Under the pieces are notes generated by a model. It was not told where the DNA came from, did not search any database, and saw only the letters and a list, made by a program, of their open reading frames with translations. 64,000 nucleotides of DNA, taken from NCBI RefSeq assembly GCF_009914755.1, contig NC_060927.1, one strand, 5' to 3'. This DNA comes from the human T2T-CHM13v2.0 reference genome, Homo sapiens. Numbering within the stretch: position 1 is the first letter of the stretch; every line of letters begins with the position of its first letter. The position numbers were made by a program, and so were the translations under genes. Shown one piece after another: positions 30,035-46,449 of this stretch.

Positions 30035-32598
30035 CCTGAGCAAGCATCTTAACCACATTGAGCCTCAGTTTCTCCATCTGTACCATAGCACCTATGTGTA
30101 AGAGGTACTGTGCGGATGCTACTAAGTTAAGCACATGAGGTCTTTGCAGAGTGAGCCATCCAATGCCAACATGGATGTTCCTCTCCTTTGCCCCCTGTGT
30201 TCCATGCAACTCAAGGTCCTGCCACTTCACCCACTCAACAGCTTGGCCCTGTCCATGACTCTCTTTTCCCTACCATCTCAGGCTAACCCCACCATCTTTT
30301 CTGGTGTCCCTCACTCTCCAAGAGCCGGCCACCCCAGCTCTGTCGATTCCCCCAGCCGTAGAACTTTTTTACCCCTTGTTTCCAATGGGCCTGGGAGACT
30401 CTTGCCCTTCCCTTTCCCTGACCTTAAAGCTCATTACTGGAAGCTGCCTTCTCCAGGAAGCCTCCCCTGGCCTCCCAATTAGGGCCACCCCCTTCATTTG
30501 TCCTTCCAAAGCACCACAAGCCTCCCATCGGTTCACTCTTCACATTCACATGCAACTATCTGACTCACATCTGGATCTCCCATGAGACCATGAACTCCAT
30601 CAGGCAGGGGTGGTAAGTCCCTGGCACCGAGCAGGACTCAGAAAGTGGTTGGTGAGCAGGTGCTTAAGCTGGGTATCCAGAAGCCCCAGCAGGTTACACA
30701 ACTCTCCCTCAAGGTCAAGAGCATGTTCTAGGTGAAGCTGGGGGCACACCTGGGCAGTCTACGTGGGGACAGAGCAACTCCACAGCCAATGCATGGATCA
30801 GCTGTATCACAGCCTCCTAGGGTGCCTTCTGAGGAAAACCCCAGTGTCTTTCTTCCCATTACCAGAGGCCCAATGAGGAAAACCAGTGGGGCTAAAATAA
30901 CCATGACCCTGCCAAGTCAGAATTGCCACCAACATAAAGGCAGATTCAAAACCAACCGTCATCTTAGCACTGAAAGGCTGTAAGAACCACTACTGGGTTG
31001 GTAAACACACCCAACACGAAACGGCCCTCAACAAGGCCCACAGGGTGCACGCAGTCCCTCAGATGCCAGCCCAGCTGATGTGCCGATGTGCCGGGGAGTC
31101 TGGATACGTGTTCCCAGGCACACTTAGGGGGAAACAGCCAAGGCTTTACGTAACATGATATTTATATCTCAACAACACCCTCCAAGCGCCAGGATCTCCA
31201 GGAGGCAGGCTGGAGAGGGACCAGTGGGGTCTCTGAAGCCAGCTCTTGGAGGCAGAATTCAGAGACCCCCCCACCAGAAAGTCTGCACTGGGATGAAGGC
31301 CACCTCCACCCCTCCATGAGCAGAAGCTGCCAGAGGAACAGCCGGTGGCAGGAGGGTGCAGAAGGGAGGGCATGCTCAGGGAGCTCTGGGCTTCCCAGCA
31401 CCATCAAGGTGGCAGGGTCAGTGTATGGATGCCACACCAGGGGCCCCCACCTGGTCAAGCCCATCCAAGGGAAAGAATCTCTCCCAGAAGAAGGGCAACA
31501 GAATCTCCACTCCACATAAATGCCAGGAATACCCAAGCCTGGATAGAAACACCTAGAACCATTTACTCCAGAAGAGGGGCTGGCCTGGCATACCAGGCTT
31601 TGGGGGATACCCCAGACACCAGGACCCACCCCACCTTTCCCCACTTGCTCTCCTGCCTCACCTACTGGCCGCACCAGCCTCCACTCTCACTCCTCTTGCC
31701 TCTGTGGAGGTGGTGGGGAGCGGGTAGTCTATGGAGGCCTCATCGTAAGAACCACCCCTGCATGAGAGTCTACCACGAAGGCTAGGCTGTCCCATGAGGG
31801 CATGAGCCTTCTATCATGATGCCTTGAGCGCCAAATGTCTGAGCATGATCCACTTTTTGTCAAGTCCAAAGCCGCAGGCCTCTTCTTGGCTCCATGGCAG
31901 ATATCAGTGATGACACATACTGCCACCTGGGTGGCAGCTGTGAGCTTGTGGCTCTTATCCCATCTCCACTCCAAAGAGAGAACTCTGACTCCAGGTCAAA
32001 GATACACCAACATCAAACTTCTACAGATCCTCAGGGACCCAGGGATGAGGCCACCACAGCCCCTGCTCCCAAATACCAAGAACTAGTCATGGCTTGTGGG
32101 CAGTAGGTGGTCTAAGCAGAGACCTGAGTACACCCACTCCATGCTGCTCTGCCTGTAGAGGCTTGGGCAAACCTAGGCCCACTACCTAACGGGCTGCAAA
32201 CCAGCCAAGGGCCCAGAGAAAGCCTGGGTGCCCAAGCAGGAGGTTCCTCTCTAGAGGAGACCATGCCAGGGCCAAGCCCCATCCCAACATCCTTCCACAA
32301 AAGGACCGCTCATTTTCCCCAGGGTGGTCTCTTGCGATGCGCAACTGATGTTACTAGTGACACGGTGGCTCTGGGTTGACAAGAGGCTTTGGATTCATAC
32401 CACAAAAGTGCTCTGATACCAGCAGCAAAGGACACCCAAAACACTCCTCTGTGTAAATGCCGTGTAAATGCTCACTTCAGGACAGTGGGAGAGTAGGTTG
32501 GCTAGATCAGGTGGGACAGCACCACTGTACCCCAATCAACCCTTTTAGTCTCAAAACACCCAGTACAGGGTACAGGCCTGCCCTGATAGCTGCAACTA

Positions 32599-32835
<237 letters not shown>

Positions 32836-35800
32836 CTATGAGTTCTAAGCCCTGCTGACAGCCAGCCAAAGAGACCACCTCTCCCAGGGAGCCTGGAGAG
32901 TAAATGACTAGAGTCACCGAAGTGCAAGGAACCGAGCGTGAGCCTGTCAACAGAATGCCAGACTCAAAGGCCCTGAGGTGGAGACTCAGACCCATAGCTT
33001 TCTAGCTGTGTGACTGTGGGCTGCATGCTCCGCATCTGTGAAATGGAGGGTAGACCTACTTTGCTGGCCACCCAGGCCTGTCACTGGATAATGGACCTGC
33101 ACGTGCTGTAAGGCACGAAGCACATTACAGGTTCTGGGATGGGGGCTGCTGCTCAGATGCCTGAACAGTCTTAACGTGGGCTCAGAGCATATGGAGCTAA
33201 CCCACCACCACAGGGATTGGCACTCCCAGGGCTCCACCAGCCCAAATCCTTGCTGAATTGAGAAATCAGAACTGCTCTCTGCAGTGATAGGCCAGAGCCA
33301 AGAAACTCCTTACCTAGGAGAGTCAGCCAGCGCAAGACAAATGGCTCCAGCTGCCTCCATAGCCCAAAGCCCCAAGTGGGCTTCAACTCCAACAACCCTA
33401 GCAGGAACAGGAAGTGCCCTCATAGAGCACAACTATGGACGGCTGGATGCAGGCAGGCTGGGGCTTGCTAGCCACACACTGCAGTATCATTAACCAAATC
33501 CTCTCACAAGAGCCCATCAGCGTCCAACACCCGAAGGCCATTCTGGAAGTGCCTGATGCCCATCCAGAGTCACTAGGGGAGACACTGCATGTCACTGTGT
33601 CCGTAGGTTTCCCTTGGGTTTCCTAGGGATCAGGGACAGAAAGCGGATCAGGCATCTGTTGCCAGAGTACTGGGAGCCCTTCCTGGGGAATGAGCCTCCA
33701 AAGAGATTCCACTGCACCTATGGGGGTGGGGGAGCCACTTGGGTAGAGGGTTTCCCCCTAGTTTCAGCTAAAGGTTTTCTGGGGAGCCCCAAGACCAGAG
33801 CAGACCTGGCCATGTCCTCCCGTCAGCAGAGGATGAGAGGTATGTTCCCCCTACCCAGGGAGCTCAGATCAACCTGGCTCACTGCACCCCTAAGGGTCAG
33901 CCTAGAGGCTATGGGATGACTCCGCTATCCTGTGAACACCCACCACTGGCCACGGCATTGAGCAGGGAGCTCAGGGGGAACCGGCTGTGTTTATGGGGTA
34001 CTCCAAATCCTGCTAAGCCTCCAATCTACACTAGGGGTGGCTTAGGGATGAGACACTGCAGGCCCACTGAGAGGCTGTCATAAGAGGCAAGGCCAGAAGC
34101 ACAAGCAGACTGCAATCTCCCAGCAGGGCCTGTCAGCCCACACACTCAGCTCCACTCAGGACTCAGCCCCTGGAGCTCATCTGAGTCCATCCACACCTCC
34201 CCAACCCTGCCATCATGGAGATCCGCCCCTGCCCTCCGCCAAGCCTGCTCCCTCCAGGTCCCCAGCTCCCTCTCCCCAGTACCCACCGCTCTCCTCGGCT
34301 GCTCTGCATTGCTCCACCTCCTGACAACCCTCTTCACAAGACCCCACTCTCCTTCACTCCCCAGCCTCTGCCCTCCTCAGCTCTCCCATGCTTGGAGACG
34401 GGGTTCATACCTCTCACTCTGGCTGCTTTGTGGACCTTTATCTTCTGTGGCCCCTCAATTATAGGGGCTCAGAATGTGACCTCAGCCATTCTCACATCCC
34501 AGATCCCTGGGTCCAGCTGGCCCCTCCACCCCAACAGGGTCAGCTTCTCTGCTTCTACTCAACCTCTGCAACCCATCCCCCACTCTGATGCCAGCCCCTA
34601 CTTTGATACCAGGCACAGCTGGACACCTACCCATCACTGGGACACATGGGGCACACCAGCCCCCAACCCCAGCAGGCTCTGGACACCGCTATCCTCTCAG
34701 ATGTCCTTCTTCCCTTCATACCTTAAATGACGAGGCTAGTCCTAGCACTGCCAATCAGGCCACATCTTTGGGACCCCGAGCCAGAGATGGCATCCAAGGC
34801 CCTTCCCAAGGGGTACCTGCTGTTATACCCATGAACACCAGGCCCAGGCTCCTGATCCATCAGAGATGGGTCTGGACCCTCCCAGGGTCACCTAGACATC
34901 CTCTCTGCCCAGTGTCAGGACTTATGTAGCACAAACCACATACCTAGCCCTGTGTTATAACCCTTTTGTGGCTTTTCCCATCAGAGCCTCACAAAGCCAT
35001 GAGGAAGGCCTATTGCCACCCCCTTTACAGAAAGGAACCACAGCATGTGCTCCTGACCACTGTCCTGCCTCGTCGCCTTCCACTCCCATCTCTCCCTGTC
35101 CAAGTCCTCCCTCCTCTGCACCTGCCCACGTTCCCCAGGCAGCTGGGCAGATGTGCCCCATCCCCAAGCCCCAGCCCTTCACTCAGGCCTGGCCCAGAGC
35201 AGAAGGCTGAAGGAAGGATAGGAAAGATATGGGCTCCAAGTGGAGGCAAGCCCCACTGCTCTTCTGTTCCAGAAGCCTCTGTCTGAAAGAGCATTGGTAA
35301 CAAACCTCAGGGCTTCCTATGGAGGGGGGTGGGGTGGGGGAACAGGTTCTTGTGGCTGGCCCCTGCCACCTGGTGGTGCTGTAGGGTACTACAGGCCTTA
35401 ACCAACCAGGTTGGCCTCACCAGCCCAGACAGGACCAAGACAGTGTCATTGTCATCATCACTAACATTGTACCTCCTTCCCCCCATTTTGTGCCAGCCAC
35501 CCTCTCAATTCTTGATATGAAACAACTCATTAAACCTCCCAACACCTCCTGTGAGACAGGCCCCATCATTGTCCCAGAGGCCCCACAGAGTCAAATGACC
35601 TGCCCAATATCACACAGCCAGGAATGCTTTAAAAGCCAGCTGCAGAGCCCACTCTCCACCATGTGCTGTTCAAGATTAGGATCTTCTCCCCATTCTGGGA
35701 AGGTGTGCTCACCTCTGTTACCCCAAAGAAAGTGCTGTACTTGAACACCAGGAGTCAGCTAGGAAGGGTGTGTGTGTGTCAGGGGTGGGTGGGGTCGGAA

Positions 35801-36750
35801 CCCCACACCTGTGTCCAGCCATGTCCTTCCCATTTCAGGTGTGGCTTAAGGAAGCGAGCCCAAGAACTTTAAGCTTAGTCCCAGGTTAACAACCACGGTT
35901 CTTCAAACAACTCCAGCTCTGCCTCCTTCCTGGTCTCGGCCCTGGTCCAGTCTTGCTCATCTCTGTTTTGCCAGCTACACAATTCCCAGTTTCTCCAATG
36001 ACCCCTCACCAGCTCCCTTCCCTGAGCCCATCCCTGGAACTGGGGCGCCTCATGGCCCTGCCCACTCATACTTGCTCTCAGGCCAGTTCCCTACCCAGTA
36101 CTCTCAGCGAACTCATCCTGGGCATGTCTAAGTCTGCCCTCGCCCTCCAACTCCCACCTGGAGCCTGACATGAGCCCATGCCCACTGCCCGCCACCCTGC
36201 CTTCCAAGGGCTACCATCCTGGGCCTGGCCCCTAGCTAAGTCAACCCTCCCTATGACTCTACATCTGCGGAGGACACTGTAAGACCAGAGGTGGCCACGG
36301 TCCCACCAATGCTGGCCTCTACTGACAGCCCTGTTCCCTTTACCACAGGTCAAGGGCTGTCACCTTGGCCCTGGAGGGCAGAGCCTCCATCACCAGGAAA
36401 GGCAAGTGGCATGCCCCTGAGAAGTGGTCCTCAAGGGAAGCCCTGACCAGAGCCCCAGTGAGGACTCCCCATCTGGCCCTGCAGTATGTGTGAGATTCTG
36501 CCACTTCGGAGGTGAGCATTGACTGGCTCAGTGGAAGCCAGGTAGCACCAGGCTCCATCTCCTGGCCAAGGTTCCAAGCCAGGCCAGCCATGCCACAGAC
36601 TCCCACCCCTGGAATCCCAACAAACCCAGGACACCTTCCTGCCCAAGGCCATCTCAGACCCATTTAAGCACTACAGCACAGGACAACATCCAACACCATC
36701 ACAGTCCCACCAGGGCTGCCCTTGGGCCCAGGAGGCTGTTCACCACTCAC

Positions 36751-36866
36751 ACTGATAATGCTGCAGCAGCCGGTGAGTCCGCACGTCCCACACCTTCACT
36801 GTGTTGTCCATGCCGGCAGCGGCAATGCACGTCCCACTGGGGTGGAAGTCCACATAGGTGACAAAG
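36751..36866 (-). CDS. POC1A: POC1A exon 6 (116 nt; [11 protein letters not shown]...RLLQHYQ)
   Basis: tttccag acceptor, gtgagt donor; overlaps ORF 36740..37108. Confidence 0.97.
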
Positions 36867-37891
36867 CTGGAAAGACAGGGGCCACTATGCACTATAGGAG
36901 GTCTGCCCTGGTTCAGGACGGACCCAGAAACATTTGGTGCTTTCCCCATCCCTGTGTCCTGCCCACGCTGTTCCCTTGACCCAGACACCTCCTTTCTGTC
37001 ACACTTGTTTACCAGGTGGCCAAGGGAGAGCAAGAAGAAGTAAAAGGTGAGAACAGTGGCCAGCAACAAACTAAGGTGGACTGACCAGGGAGCACATCCC
37101 ACCGCCAATTTTCAATACAAGTTGAGAGAGCTATCTTCAAACCCAAAAGTTAGCCAGGCTCCCCTGGGATTTTCAAAGTTGGAGCTGGTACCCTTCCCAG
37201 GGGTGGCTGCAGGGCAGATCCTGCCAGCTGAGGCACAGGTGGGAAGGTCCAGCAGGACTACAGGGCCATTGGCCCACCCCTTTCTAGGAGACAGGCCAAG
37301 GACCCTCACCACACCCATATGTGATACCCAGGCTGGTACCATGTCCACCTCTCAAGGAGAAGCCCTTGTGGCTCCCAGCCCAACAAAGAAGGGCAGAAGC
37401 TGGGGTCTCTACTCAAATGTAGGCACCTCTCTCTCCTGATGATGTGGCACAATATGAACAGCCACCATCTGCTACAAGAACCCAACAAGAATTTTGTAAA
37501 GCCATCATCATGGATAACATACCAAGAGGCTTTAAAATGTAGTTTGGGCGACTGAGTGTCAACTGCTGCCAGACAGACATGTTGTAATCCTGACAACCAG
37601 AAAGTGAAGGAGAAAAAGAGGAGCACAAATAATTACACAGCTCCAAAGAATTGCATGGCTTGAGGTTAAGCACTCCTGCTATTTGTGGGATGGGGCCAAA
37701 GCTTCCATCCACACAGCAAAAGATACAATGCTAGGTTGCCAGACCTCGCAAAAAGCACCAGACAAGGGGCAGCAGTGATAAGGCTGCTGGTCCCACGGCT
37801 CCAGCCACTGAAGGCCACTGGGCCTCCTCATGCCCAGGTCTGTGCTCTGTGCTTGAGCGCCTACAGGTGGAGGACAGCATCTGGGGACTCA

Positions 37892-38026
<135 letters not shown>

Positions 38027-38329
38027 TCACAGACTAACAGACGACATGGGCACCACACACCTTCTTCCACAGCCACTCTTCCCCGAGTGCCTACTATCTG
38101 CCTGCAGGAACCACCCGGGGTCACATGCCCTGCTGTGATTTTTTTTTTTTTAATTTGAATACCCTAATTTGTCTTTTCAGGAACAAATGCATTGCATCCT
38201 AGGAGGCAATGTTACTTCTGTTTATTTGGTCATATCTTAAATTATACTTTGTTTCTGAAAATAGTTAACTTTTAGCACATCATTTTTCTTTTTTCCTTCT
38301 GAAGAGTTTTTCAGGAAACTGTGACTAAA

Positions 38330-38650
<321 letters not shown>

Positions 38651-39669
38651 TGACTTAATTTTAAATGTTATAAAAATGTTTCCTTTATTTTTTTCTTCCT
38701 GAATCTGTGAAACTTATTGATCTTTCCTGTTGCTCTTGTTTTCGTTTTCTTACGTAGCTTCATGAGCAAATAGCCCCTCTCCCATCCCAACAGCAAACTC
38801 TGACCAAAAGGGAAAAAGAGAAATTCTTCCTGACTTAGAGGAAAACCAAACATAAATAAACAAAAAGAAAAGAAAAAAAAAAAGGTGCCTGCCTCACGAG
38901 TGAGCACAGAGCAGCCTCATGCACATAAAGCCCCAGCACTGCCCCTGACGCACAGCACATGGCAACATGCAGCCGACTGCCTGCCGGCAACATTTGCATA
39001 AAGGTGGCCAAAAGCTCACCATCAGTGTCATTACTCTGGGACCAGGTCCTCCGAGTCTACATTTGACTCAAGTGCGGGTCAGCAAGACACAATCTGCCAA
39101 CAAAAGGCATGAGGTCCTGGGGACTGCCACCAAAGGCCCAGTATGGACTTGACACCCCAGTTTGCTGGCCTGGCCCCTCCTGATCTCAGGACCCTAGTCA
39201 TAAAGCCTCTAAGAGCCATCAGGGGTCTCCCAGGACAAAGGAATGGGGGTGCCCTGGAGAACAGTAACTTGTATGGGGTCCCCAGAAGAACACAGCTCAA
39301 TAGTCCCCAACTTCTGACTCATGTGGTTTCCTAATGTCACCTGGCACCCCAACCCCTTCCTCTGAAGCAAAGATATTTGACCCATGGGGAAGCTCTGTTG
39401 AAAGGAATGAAATAAGCTAGAAGTAGGACTATCTGTCTGCAATTCTTGGACCTTGAAAGGTCCTTTGGGTTACCTGGCCCGCTGTCTGCACAGCACTGGC
39501 TCCCTGGCCAGCAGGAAGGCTAGCCTCCAGGCTAAGCCCCCCATCTCCGAAGCCTGCGCCCCCATCTGGGAGCTCTGGAGCAAAATCATCCCCTGAGAAC
39601 ATCCCAGAGGAAAGTAGGCAAGCCTTACTGTCAGAGAGAGTTGGGTTCAAACTCCAGCTCTGCCACAGA

Positions 39670-40050
39670 CCCACCGTGTGCTCTGGGACAAGATACTACT
39701 GTTCTGAGCCCCCATTTCCTCATCTGCAAAATGGAAATGCACCTAGCTTGCAGAACTGTCTTAAGGAACAAAAAGAAAATGTGTAATGGTAGTACTGAAA
39801 GTACCTAATTGTTTTTGATAATAAATGGCCCCCGTTGACCCAGTTTGTGCTTTGCCAACACAGATGTCAGAGGGTCATCATGGCTGACTATGGACTAACT
39901 TACATGTCATGCATCAGCTCCATGAAGCTTCTCGACAACTTACAATGCAGGAGCTATTATTGTTCCATTTTACAGATAAGGAAACCGAGGCTGAGGAAGC
40001 TTAAACAATGCCTAAGTAACTTGCCCGAGGTCATAAGTTGGTACCTAGCA
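39670..40050. mobile_element. MIR remnants
   Basis: tttcctcatctgcaaaatgg; ccattttacagataaggaaaccgaggct. Confidence 0.7.
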
Positions 40051-40113
40051 GCCCCTGGGCCAGCCCCCAACCCCCAGGGTTCCTCCAAGGGTCTCCAGAC
40101 AGAACAATGCTCA

Positions 40114-40395
<282 letters not shown>

Positions 40396-40719
40396 TCAGT
40401 CAAGCCCGAGTACCCCAGTCTCCACAAGGGAAAGCCAGAGCCTCTCCTATATGAACAGAGCACCATCTCTAGGCCCCACCCACATGAACACAGCATCAGG
40501 TGGCATTTCTTTAGGGATAGATTGGGTAAGCCCAGAACTCCTCTTCCAACCCTGAGGGGAGGGCTCCAACTGCAGCCCCAGCCTCTGATGGCACCTCTTC
40601 CAAAGCAGAGTAGAAGTCCCACTGTGACCAGTCCAGAGCCAAGCTAGGGGACCTGGGTGGGGATGGCTCTGGCACCAGGGCCCCAGACTCCAACAAGCCT
40701 CCTCAAAGTGTACGACTCA

Positions 40720-40911
<192 letters not shown>

Positions 40912-41900
40912 CTATGACCTACAGCTCTAACAGGCTTCAAGCCTCCACCAAGACATTGGAGAGGCAGGGGGAGCAACTGGCCCAGCTCCATCTTCCCTGG
41001 CATCCACAAACAGACCGTGAGAAGTCTCCCATGGAGCAGAGCACATCTCGAGGTATGGTCTGGAGGTGGAGAGCCTGTGGCCCAGAGTTCTCCAAGGAGC
41101 ACACCCACATGGGAATAAGACCGAGGCCCTTCCCATGCTAGCCTTGGACTGCAATCCAGAGCTCTGGGAAAACTCATTCCCATGGGGCCCAGGGTCTCCC
41201 CCCAGACACATCCTGAGGGCACCAGAGAGCAAGTCCTCCCCAGCTGGGAAGCCAGCCCCTCCCATTGAGAGGGCCCAACTCAGTATGAAGCCTAAAGGAG
41301 GTCCCCAAAACTGATCAAAAATCACTTCAGTTCCCTCTTAACCTTTACACATCAGAGGGTCTTGATGACAGGATGAAGGGGCAAGCCTCCTCTGCAGGAA
41401 CCAGAAAGCGCAGTCATAAAAGCTGTGTACGAAACCTCATGCAACCAAGGAAGGGGGACAGTCAGCTGCAGCATAAGAGCAGTGGGGTCGAGGGGGGTGC
41501 CCATCTCTGCTCAACAGCCTTCTCACTGACAAGGCTCTTCAACAAGGTGTGCCTTATTACTGTGGGCAACAGAATCAGTAAAGCTTCAAGGAAAAGGAGT
41601 CACTGTTTAGGGCCCACACCAAAAGACAGACCCAAAAGGTGGCTAGGGCGTGCAGAAAAGACCCAGATCCCAGTCCCACCCTCAAAAGCTCTGTGGCCTT
41701 AGCAAGGCCCCTAACCTCTCTGACCCTCAGGCTCTGCATGTAAAATGAAGCTCATGAAGCCCAGTGCCCAAAGAGCTGGCAAGCAGAAGCAAGACTAGAA
41801 GCAGGTCTAGACAAAGCTGTGCAGTCCTTGTGCTCTGCTTCCCACCCACCACCCCTCCGAGGTAAAAACTTGGCCTGTTCAGCTCATAACCTAGCACCTA

Positions 41901-44095
<2,195 letters not shown>

Positions 44096-45049
44096 AACAC
44101 CAGAGAGAATACTCCGGAGACTCTCTCCATCCAATAGCAGCTTGTGTCTTAACACTTGAAGGGTTATAATTCAGCCATCCAAACATCTCCCCCTACTCTA
44201 AGTATCAGAAACCTCAAAGAAGCATTTTGGGTGCTCCAGGAAGCCCAAAGGCTCCTCCTGGGAAAGGATGTCCTTGGGGCACAGCAAAGCCACTGCCACC
44301 CTACAGAGCAGTAACCAGAACAAAGGCCCTATGGCCTTGTGCCCAGCTCCACCCCTAACGCACCTGTCAGAGTCTCCTTTCAACAACAGAGGGAGGAGCA
44401 GCTGGGGGAGGGTCCCCAACAGAGCCTTCTGCTCTCACCTAAGCTTCTTGAAAGAACATGCGTAAGAGAGTGTCCGCCCCTAGGCTCAGTGGGCAGAGGC
44501 AAGTTCAGGTCCACCCCTGACCAGTAGGTCCCATGGTATCTCTCAACACCGCCTCCCCTCTGTAGTTCCCTGCATGTGGGCCTCATCTCCCTCAACAGTG
44601 GTTTATACATGAGGGGACAGGAAGGGAGGTAGAGTACCAGATTAGGAGTCAAAAGGTCTGTATCCTAGCCTGGAATCTCCGTCCATGTCCTCAAGTGCCT
44701 CAGGGCATCACAGGCTACCACCCAGCCTCCCTGACTCTCCAATCAGCCAGAGGGCCTTGCCCGTTCAAAGGAATCTCTCGAAATGAGGACTTCTGGAGGA
44801 ATGTGAACTCAGAGAGGGCGGCTCCGCCCCGCTCACACTGCAGGCCCGGGCATCCCAGCGTCCTGCTGTACCTACCTGCTGGAGCAGGGTGTACCCTCAA
44901 CAAGACCCCACGCAGCCACCCACTGCTAAGGACGTGGAGAATGGCTAGAGAGGCCCGATACCGGCCCCAGGTCACACATGAGTCGGGACTTGGTCGTGTG
45001 TCCCTCGCTAGGATGCAAACTATGGAGGCAGAGGCCTGTTTGTTCGCTC

Positions 45050-45900
45050 CAGAAACCCAGCGCAGGGCCTGGCACGCAGGAGGCGCTCAGAAAGTGCCCG
45101 ACCCAGCGCCCCCTGCGCAGACAGTAAACTGGACCTGAAGAGGACCACCCTGGAACCTGGCGCCCCGCCCGCCCCTCGCAGCCATCGCTCTGGCCACTAG
45201 GCGCCCAGTGTCCCAGCGGGGAGACTGAGGCCTGGGGAGTTGCTCTCGGTTGGGCTTACCGCGCAGGGCGCAGCCATGGCGGGGCTGGCGGCGCCGAAGG
45301 CAGCTGCGGTGGCCGTTGCGGCCCGTTCAGTTTCCGCGCCCCCAACGGCCACCAATAGCAACGCGGGCCGCGTCGGCACGCCCCGCCCACCGCAATTAAA
45401 GGAGAAGCGCCTCAGCTTTTTGCCCGACGACTGGAAGCAGAGCTGTATGACCGGCGGCCGGCGCCACGGTCTCCGTGCCCAGTTCCCCAAGCCCAGACAA
45501 CCCACAGACAGCGCAGCCAAAAGCCTCTGTCCGCCGCCACTCGTTCCGCCTGAGAAATTAAAAGACCCAGGATGAAGGGTTCACCCCACCAGCCCGTCGT
45601 CCGGCTACTCTAACGGCGAGCGCAGCCTCCTGGGAAATGCAGTTCCAAGCCGCCCACGCCCCTATGTCTGGAGGAAGGTGGAGCTACACTTCCCAACATG
45701 ACGTGAGGGCGGGCCGGGTTTTACCACCCGAAGCGACGGCCTTAAGGATCCCGGAAGCGGAGGACACGTGGGTTGCTGTAACCAGATTGCGTTAAAGCAC
45801 CCGCGCGCGCCGGCGCAGCCAGATTTTCCCCGCAGGAACCTATTGAGAGCTGAGTATTCGCCCCTCGGGAACTCTCAGTGGTTCGCCGTCCGAACGTTCT
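45050..45900. promoter_or_regulatory. CpG island / POC1A promoter
   Basis: Dense CpG and high GC around exon 1; CCAAT 45352-45356, GC box 45707-45713, CRE-like TGACGTGA 45699-45706, ETS CCGGAAG 45751-45757, two ZNF143-type motifs. Confidence 0.9.
45260..45277 (-). CDS. POC1A: POC1A coding exon 1 (MAAPCA)
   Basis: gccATGG Kozak context at 45277, ATG GCT GCG CCC TGC GCG then GTAAG donor; matches the recalled POC1A N-terminus; inside CpG island. Confidence 0.95.
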
Positions 45901-46139
45901 TAAGACAAGTGTCGATTTAAAATAACATGAGTTACTCGGAATCACAATCATGGAGTGGAGAGATCAAGGTTCGATTCTCAGTTCTCGCCCTGATTGGCTG
46001 TGTGATCTCAGGAAAAACGCCTCTGCTCTGTGCCCCGGTTTCCCCATTTGTAACACGAGGGAGTGTGGTGCAGCCCGGCCCTGTCAGGATCCTTAAGGCC
46101 TCAGAAGCTGTTAGAAACCCAGTCTTTAAAAGAAGGAGA

Positions 46140-46449
46140 GGCCGGGCTCAGTGGCTCACGCCTGTAATCTCAGCACTTTGCCACTTTGGGAGGCCGAGGT
46201 GGGTGGATCACCTGAGGTCAGGAGTATGAGACCAGCCTGGCCAACATGGTGAAACCCCATGTCTACTAAAAATACAAAAATTAGCCGGGCGTGGTGGCAC
46301 GCGCCTGTAAACCCAGCTACTCGGGAGGCTGAGGGAGGAGAATTGTTCGAACTCCGGAGGCAGAGATTGCAGTGAGCCTAGATGTTGCCGCTGCACTCCA
46401 GCCTGGGCAACAGAGGGAGACTCCGTCTCAAAAAATATATATATATATA
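46140..46449 (+). mobile_element. AluS abutting the ERV 5' LTR
   Basis: Alu consensus with (TA)n tail. Confidence 0.9.

Noticed and set aside
45197-45520. Open frame upstream of and in frame with the POC1A ATG, including an ACG in good context at 45316-45314
   Set aside because: Starts at TTG; stop-free frames are expected in CpG islands; ribosome profiling would be needed to support an N-terminal extension
45550-45589. Acceptor-like ttttaatttctcag and upstream GT on the minus strand
   Set aside because: The implied intron would be about 40 nt, too short; no supported upstream exon
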